Shown here: one piece after another, positions 28,659-32,000 of the stretch
Position numbering within the stretch: the stretch's first letter is position 1
Layout of the letters: each line of letters starts with the position of its first letter
Assembly (NCBI RefSeq): GCF_000018785.1
Contig: NC_010163.1
Coordinates: 570,001 to 602,000 of the forward strand
From: Acholeplasma laidlawii PG-8A
Lineage (GTDB): Bacteria; Bacillota_I; Bacilli_A; Acholeplasmatales; Acholeplasmataceae
DNA length: 32,000 bases
Direction of reading: 5' to 3'
Translations under genes and position numbers: made by a program
Notes under the pieces: generated by a model
What the model was told of the DNA's origin: nothing
The model's database searches: none
What the model saw: only the letters and a program-made list of their open reading frames with translations

Positions 28659-29402
28659 TTAAAATCTAGGCATCGTTTTCTTTTTAGAGAAGATCCAATC
28701 AATTAGACCAGGTTCTTCATAAGCTTTTCTCCATACACCGTGTCCTGTATCATTAAACTCTGTATACATGACATCTGCACCGATTTTTGTAAGTTCCTCA
28801 TATCCTGTTTTAAATGGTGTGTAATCAACCACAGGATCATCAGAAGAGTGGAATAACCATAATGGTGTACGTTTTAAACGTTTGACTTGAGATAAGTCCA
28901 TCGTGCCACAAATAGATAAACAAGCAGCAAATTTCCCAGGGAATCTTGTAACAAAGTCAATCGCGCCAGCACCACCCATAGAAATACCAGAGATGTAAAC
29001 AAATTGGTTATCTACTTTATAACGACGTTCTAATTCTTTATCTAAAAAGTCATTAAATAATGCTTGAATTGGTGAAACAGGGTTTGTATCATAGACATAA
29101 GTGCCTTGTTTCACATCTTCAACAGGTACCCAAGCTTGATCTTCAGGTACTTGAGGGGCAATGATGATTGTTTCTTTACCATATATTGGGTGATCTATTA
29201 TATAGTTTAATAGTTGTGCGTGGTGTTGAATTTGAAGTAAATTATCACTACCTCTTTCACCACTACCATGTAAGTAAATGAAAACCTTATATTTTCTACG
29301 TTTTACTTTAGGTATATAGACACGATAACGTAGTACCTCATCATTGATTTCTTGGTTTTCATATGTTTCAACTGTCATATAATTTGTAAGATTGATTTCC
29401 AT
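28659..29402 (-). CDS. alpha/beta hydrolase, carboxylesterase/phospholipase-like (cytoplasmic; no signal peptide seen)
   Basis: 247 aa. HGSGERG oxyanion region, nucleophile elbow GISMGG, Asp (HSSDDPVV), His (TGHGVW). The start codon directly follows the pheA stop (TAA-ATG), with GGAGTG inside the pheA 3' end. Confidence 0.78.
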   Translation of the reverse strand: MEINLTNYMTVETYENQEINDEVLRYRVYIPKVKRRKYKVFIYLHGSGERGSDNLLQIQHHAQLLNYIIDHPIYGKETIIIAPQVPEDQAWVPVEDVKQGTYVYDTNPVSPIQALFNDFLDKELERRYKVDNQFVYISGISMGGAGAIDFVTRFPGKFAACLSICGTMDLSQVKRLKRTPLWLFHSSDDPVVDYTPFKTGYEELTKIGADVMYTEFNDTGHGVWRKAYEEPGLIDWIFSKKKTMPRF

Positions 29403-30218
29403 TTAGTACACTCCTAATATTTTTATATTTAACTGATTATCAGATGCTAGTCTCGTGGTTAACGCCGATAATTGATCGAGTTTTGTATTAATTTCTAAGA
29501 AGAAATGATAGGGACTCGTTTTATCGGTTTTTGGTCTTGAAATAATTGAACTCAAATTTATGTTTAAGTTTTTAAAATGTTGTAATAAATTGTAGAGTAA
29601 CCCAACCTCGTCTTTTTTAGGTTGGATAGATAATAGTGCCTTAAGATGCTCTTTATCTTTTGGCATGGTTGGATGCTTTTCAATAAATGCAAATCTCGTG
29701 TGATTTAACTCATCATCATGAATGTTATGAATGGTGAGTAAGAAGTGCCTGTCAATTAAGTGCTTTGGTATAATTGCTGCACTACTTTTTTCATGTGTTA
29801 ATAGTTTATTTAAACTCTCTGAATTAGAATCTGTAATAATATACTTTACTTTAGGTAAGGATTCTAGAAAGTTTAGACATTGGTTTTTAGCTTTAAACTG
29901 TACATAGATGGTATCCACTAAATCTAAGGACACCTCATTTGTAACTAAACTAAAGTCTACCGGTAGTTCATTAACGTGTGTAATGAAGTAGTCATACTTA
30001 TAGATTAAATCAAGAGTTCTTTGGATGTAACCATCAATTGCATTTTCTATAGGTAATACTAAGTAGTCAGCACCTAAAAGGGCTTTAAAGGCGCTATCAA
30101 TGCTATGCTCATAACTTATATCGACATCTAAATTAAGTTCTTTAATAAACTTTGTTGATGAAAGACTAGAGAAATTTAAGTGTGAACCGAGTGTTATAAG
30201 TTTTGCCATAGCTATCAT
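29403..30218 (-). CDS. pheA: prephenate dehydratase (PDT domain plus ACT domain)
   Basis: 271 aa. VLPIENAIDGYIQRTLDL, NHTRFAFI (TRF motif), and an ACT region with GLLYNLLQHF...IISRPK (ESRP-like). The start is ambiguous between 30218 and 30209. Confidence 0.8.
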   Translation of the reverse strand: MIAMAKLITLGSHLNFSSLSSTKFIKELNLDVDISYEHSIDSAFKALLGADYLVLPIENAIDGYIQRTLDLIYKYDYFITHVNELPVDFSLVTNEVSLDLVDTIYVQFKAKNQCLNFLESLPKVKYIITDSNSESLNKLLTHEKSSAAIIPKHLIDRHFLLTIHNIHDDELNHTRFAFIEKHPTMPKDKEHLKALLSIQPKKDEVGLLYNLLQHFKNLNINLSSIISRPKTDKTSPYHFFLEINTKLDQLSALTTRLASDNQLNIKILGVY

Positions 30219-30260
30219 TTTCCTGTTGTGTAGTCGTGAATTTGTGTTAAATTCTTATAT

Positions 30261-30269
30261 ATTATACCA
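30261..30269 (-). promoter_or_regulatory. extended -10 promoter element of pheA-esterase
   Basis: The minus strand reads TGGTATAAT about 45 nt upstream of the pheA start. Confidence 0.4.
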
Positions 30270-30294
30270 CAATTTGCCTAAAAATGCATATTGA

Positions 30295-30323
30295 TGGAAA
30301 TTATTTCGAATTCGAAATATAAT
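30295..30323 (+). promoter_or_regulatory. dioxygenase operon promoter with an 18-bp perfect palindromic operator
   Basis: TGGAAA (30295-30300), 17-nt spacer, TATAAT (30318-30323). The spacer and the start of the -10 box are occupied by TATTTCGAA|TTCGAAATA (30302-30319), a perfect palindrome. Confidence 0.6.
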
Positions 30324-30348
30324 GTAACCATGAAAAGAGGTAATGTAT

Positions 30349-31542
30349 ATGAAAATACAAGGGATACATCATATTTCAACCATTGTATGGCATGCACAAG
30401 AAAATGTTGATTTCTATGCAGGTGTATTAGGATTAAAATTAATTAAGAGAACTTTAAACTTTGATGATCACAATGTGTATCATCTATATTATGGAAATCA
30501 CAATGCAGATTTAGGTACAGCAATCACATTCTTTCCATGGCCAAAACACTATAAAGAAGGTATGGTTGGAGATGGACAAGTTGGTGTAACAAGTTACATG
30601 GTACCAGCGGGTTCATTAGATTATTGGAAAGAAAGACTTACTAAATTCAATGTATCATTCGAAGCACAAGAAAGATTAGGAAATAAGTTTTTAAGATTTA
30701 GCGATCCTCATGGCATTAAAAATGAATTAATTGAATCTGATGAAGGTGACCAAAACTTATTTGAATTTAATGGTGTTACAAAAGATGTAGCAATTAAAGG
30801 TTTTTACGGGGCACTTATGTATTCATCTAACTATAAAGGCACTGTAGAACACTTAACTAACGATTTAGGATTAACTTTTGTCAAAGAAGATGATGACTAT
30901 ATCAGACTAGATACAGGACGTACGCTTGGTAGATATGTAGATATTTATAAACATAAGACTGGACGTTCTAGTATGGGCGCTGGTTCTGTTCACCATATTG
31001 CTTTTGGTGTTGAAGCATCTGAAATTGAAACTTGGAAAACTAACTTAGAAGCTAAAGGATTTACAATTACTGGTGTTAAGGATAGAAAATTCTTTAAATC
31101 ACTATATTATAGAGAACCAGGTGGTGTAATTATTGAACTTGCAACACTTACTCCAGGATTTGAAATGGATAGTGAATATAAAGAAGCACCAGATCTCTAT
31201 ATGCCACCACATTATATGCACTTAAAAGATGAAGTGGAAGCAAAACTCATGCCACTCTTTATTAGAAACATTGATAGTCTTTATGAGTATCCTTATCAAA
31301 ACAAGGAAGAATATGAACGCTGGAAGGCACATCAAGATTTATTGAATAAAATTAATTATTATGCTAAAGAAGCCAAACTAAGAACATTAACAGATGAAGA
31401 AATTGAAGAACGACAAGAACTTAGACACAAATATGTTAAAAGCATTCGTGGTGCAATTCAAAACAATCTGGAAAATATAAGAGTTGAAGATGAAGATGGA
31501 AACTTCCAAGAACTTAATAGAAAAGAAGGTAATGTACAATGA
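30349..31542 (+). CDS. ring-cleaving dioxygenase (VOC/glyoxalase superfamily, MhqA/MhqO-like) fused to a C-terminal DUF896/YnzC-like domain
   Basis: IQGIHHIS...FYAGVLGLKLIKRTLNFDD...YHLYYG and a second VOC repeat (GSVHHIAFGV...YYREPGGVIIELAT). The C-terminal ~80 aa LLNKINYYAKEAKLRTLTDEEIEERQELRHKYVKSIRGAIQNNLENIRVEDEDGN matches the UPF0291 pattern. The ATG at 30349 is preferred (GAGG 8 nt upstream) over 30343. Confidence 0.8.
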   Translation: MKIQGIHHISTIVWHAQENVDFYAGVLGLKLIKRTLNFDDHNVYHLYYGNHNADLGTAITFFPWPKHYKEGMVGDGQVGVTSYMVPAGSLDYWKERLTKFNVSFEAQERLGNKFLRFSDPHGIKNELIESDEGDQNLFEFNGVTKDVAIKGFYGALMYSSNYKGTVEHLTNDLGLTFVKEDDDYIRLDTGRTLGRYVDIYKHKTGRSSMGAGSVHHIAFGVEASEIETWKTNLEAKGFTITGVKDRKFFKSLYYREPGGVIIELATLTPGFEMDSEYKEAPDLYMPPHYMHLKDEVEAKLMPLFIRNIDSLYEYPYQNKEEYERWKAHQDLLNKINYYAKEAKLRTLTDEEIEERQELRHKYVKSIRGAIQNNLENIRVEDEDGNFQELNRKEGNVQ

Positions 31543-32000
31543 CGAATCTATTAGGTATTCACCATATTACTGCAATTACTAGCAGTGCTCCAAAAATCTA
31601 TGATTTTTATACAAATGTATTAGGTTTAAGATTAGTAAAGAAAACTGTGAATCAAGATGATATTAATACCTATCACTTATTCTTTGCAGATGATAAAGGA
31701 AGTCCTGGTACTGACATTACTTTCTTTGATTTTAAAGGTATTCCTCAAGCTAGACATGGTGTGAATGAAATATCAAGAAGTGGCTTTAGAGTTCCTAGTG
31801 ATGAGGCATTAAACTATTGGATCAAACGATTTGATAAGTATGATGTAAAACACACAGGTATTCGTACAGTATTTGGAAGAAAAGCAATTTACTTCAATGA
31901 TTTTGACGGACAACCTTATGCACTATTTTCTGATGAAGGTATTCCAGGTGTTAAGCCTGGTACACCTTGGCTAAAAGGACCAGTACCTAATGAATTTGGT
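31539..32000 (+). CDS. ring-cleaving dioxygenase paralog (VOC superfamily), N-terminal fragment; runs off the window
   Basis: ATGA overlap with the upstream stop. The translation MTNLLGIHHITAITSSAPKIYDFYTNVLGLRLVKKTVNQDDINTYHLFFADDKGSPGTDITFFDF... parallels the N-terminus of the upstream gene. The frame is open to the end of the window. It is not in the ORF track because no stop codon is reached. Confidence 0.8.
   Translation, partial: MTNLLGIHHITAITSSAPKIYDFYTNVLGLRLVKKTVNQDDINTYHLFFADDKGSPGTDITFFDFKGIPQARHGVNEISRSGFRVPSDEALNYWIKRFDKYDVKHTGIRTVFGRKAIYFNDFDGQPYALFSDEGIPGVKPGTPWLKGPVPNEFG

Noticed and set aside
30279-30320. A 12-codon ORF (MHIDGNYFEFEI*) runs across the 18-bp palindrome and was considered as a possible leader peptide.
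   Set aside because: No RBS lies upstream, and the ORF would start upstream of the predicted -35 box. The palindrome is better explained as a protein operator.

Overview
This is an AT-rich window (roughly 30% G+C by eye) that is densely coding and looks like core chromosome from a low-GC Firmicute or Mollicute-type organism. TGA is used as a stop codon (nadD and the first dioxygenase end in TGA), so this is not a code-4 Mycoplasma. An Acholeplasma-like or related lineage is a reasonable guess but is unverified. The gene order echoes Bacillus synteny: tig(partial)-lon-engB, degV, a Val T-box leader followed by GNAT-valS-folC, hrcA-grpE-dnaK-dnaJ, lplA, yceD-rpmF, rsmH, nadD-nadE, mnmA-recD2. 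Three short minus-strand blocks interrupt this backbone. They are bracketed by bidirectional terminators and hold the least canonical genes: (1) MFS transporter, PadR, PadR-associated membrane protein and plsY; (2) an acyltransferase-Fur fusion; (3) pheA plus an esterase. The window ends with two translationally coupled paralogous ring-cleaving dioxygenases. I saw no rRNA, tRNA, CRISPR array, transposase, integrase or obvious defence island. There is no clear multi-gene 'new system'. The most unusual items are domain architectures and regulatory layouts: (a) a membrane-anchored PlsC-type acyltransferase fused to a cysteine-less Fur-family domain; (b) an MhqA-type dioxygenase fused to a DUF896/YnzC-like domain behind an 18-bp perfect palindromic operator; (c) a RimJ/RimL-type GNAT placed between a valine T-box and valS; (d) a PadR plus sensor-membrane-protein pair with a perfect palindrome in the promoter spacer; (e) CIRCE placement at lon and a tandem CIRCE pair at hrcA. 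All family assignments come from reading motifs by eye. No database search was run.
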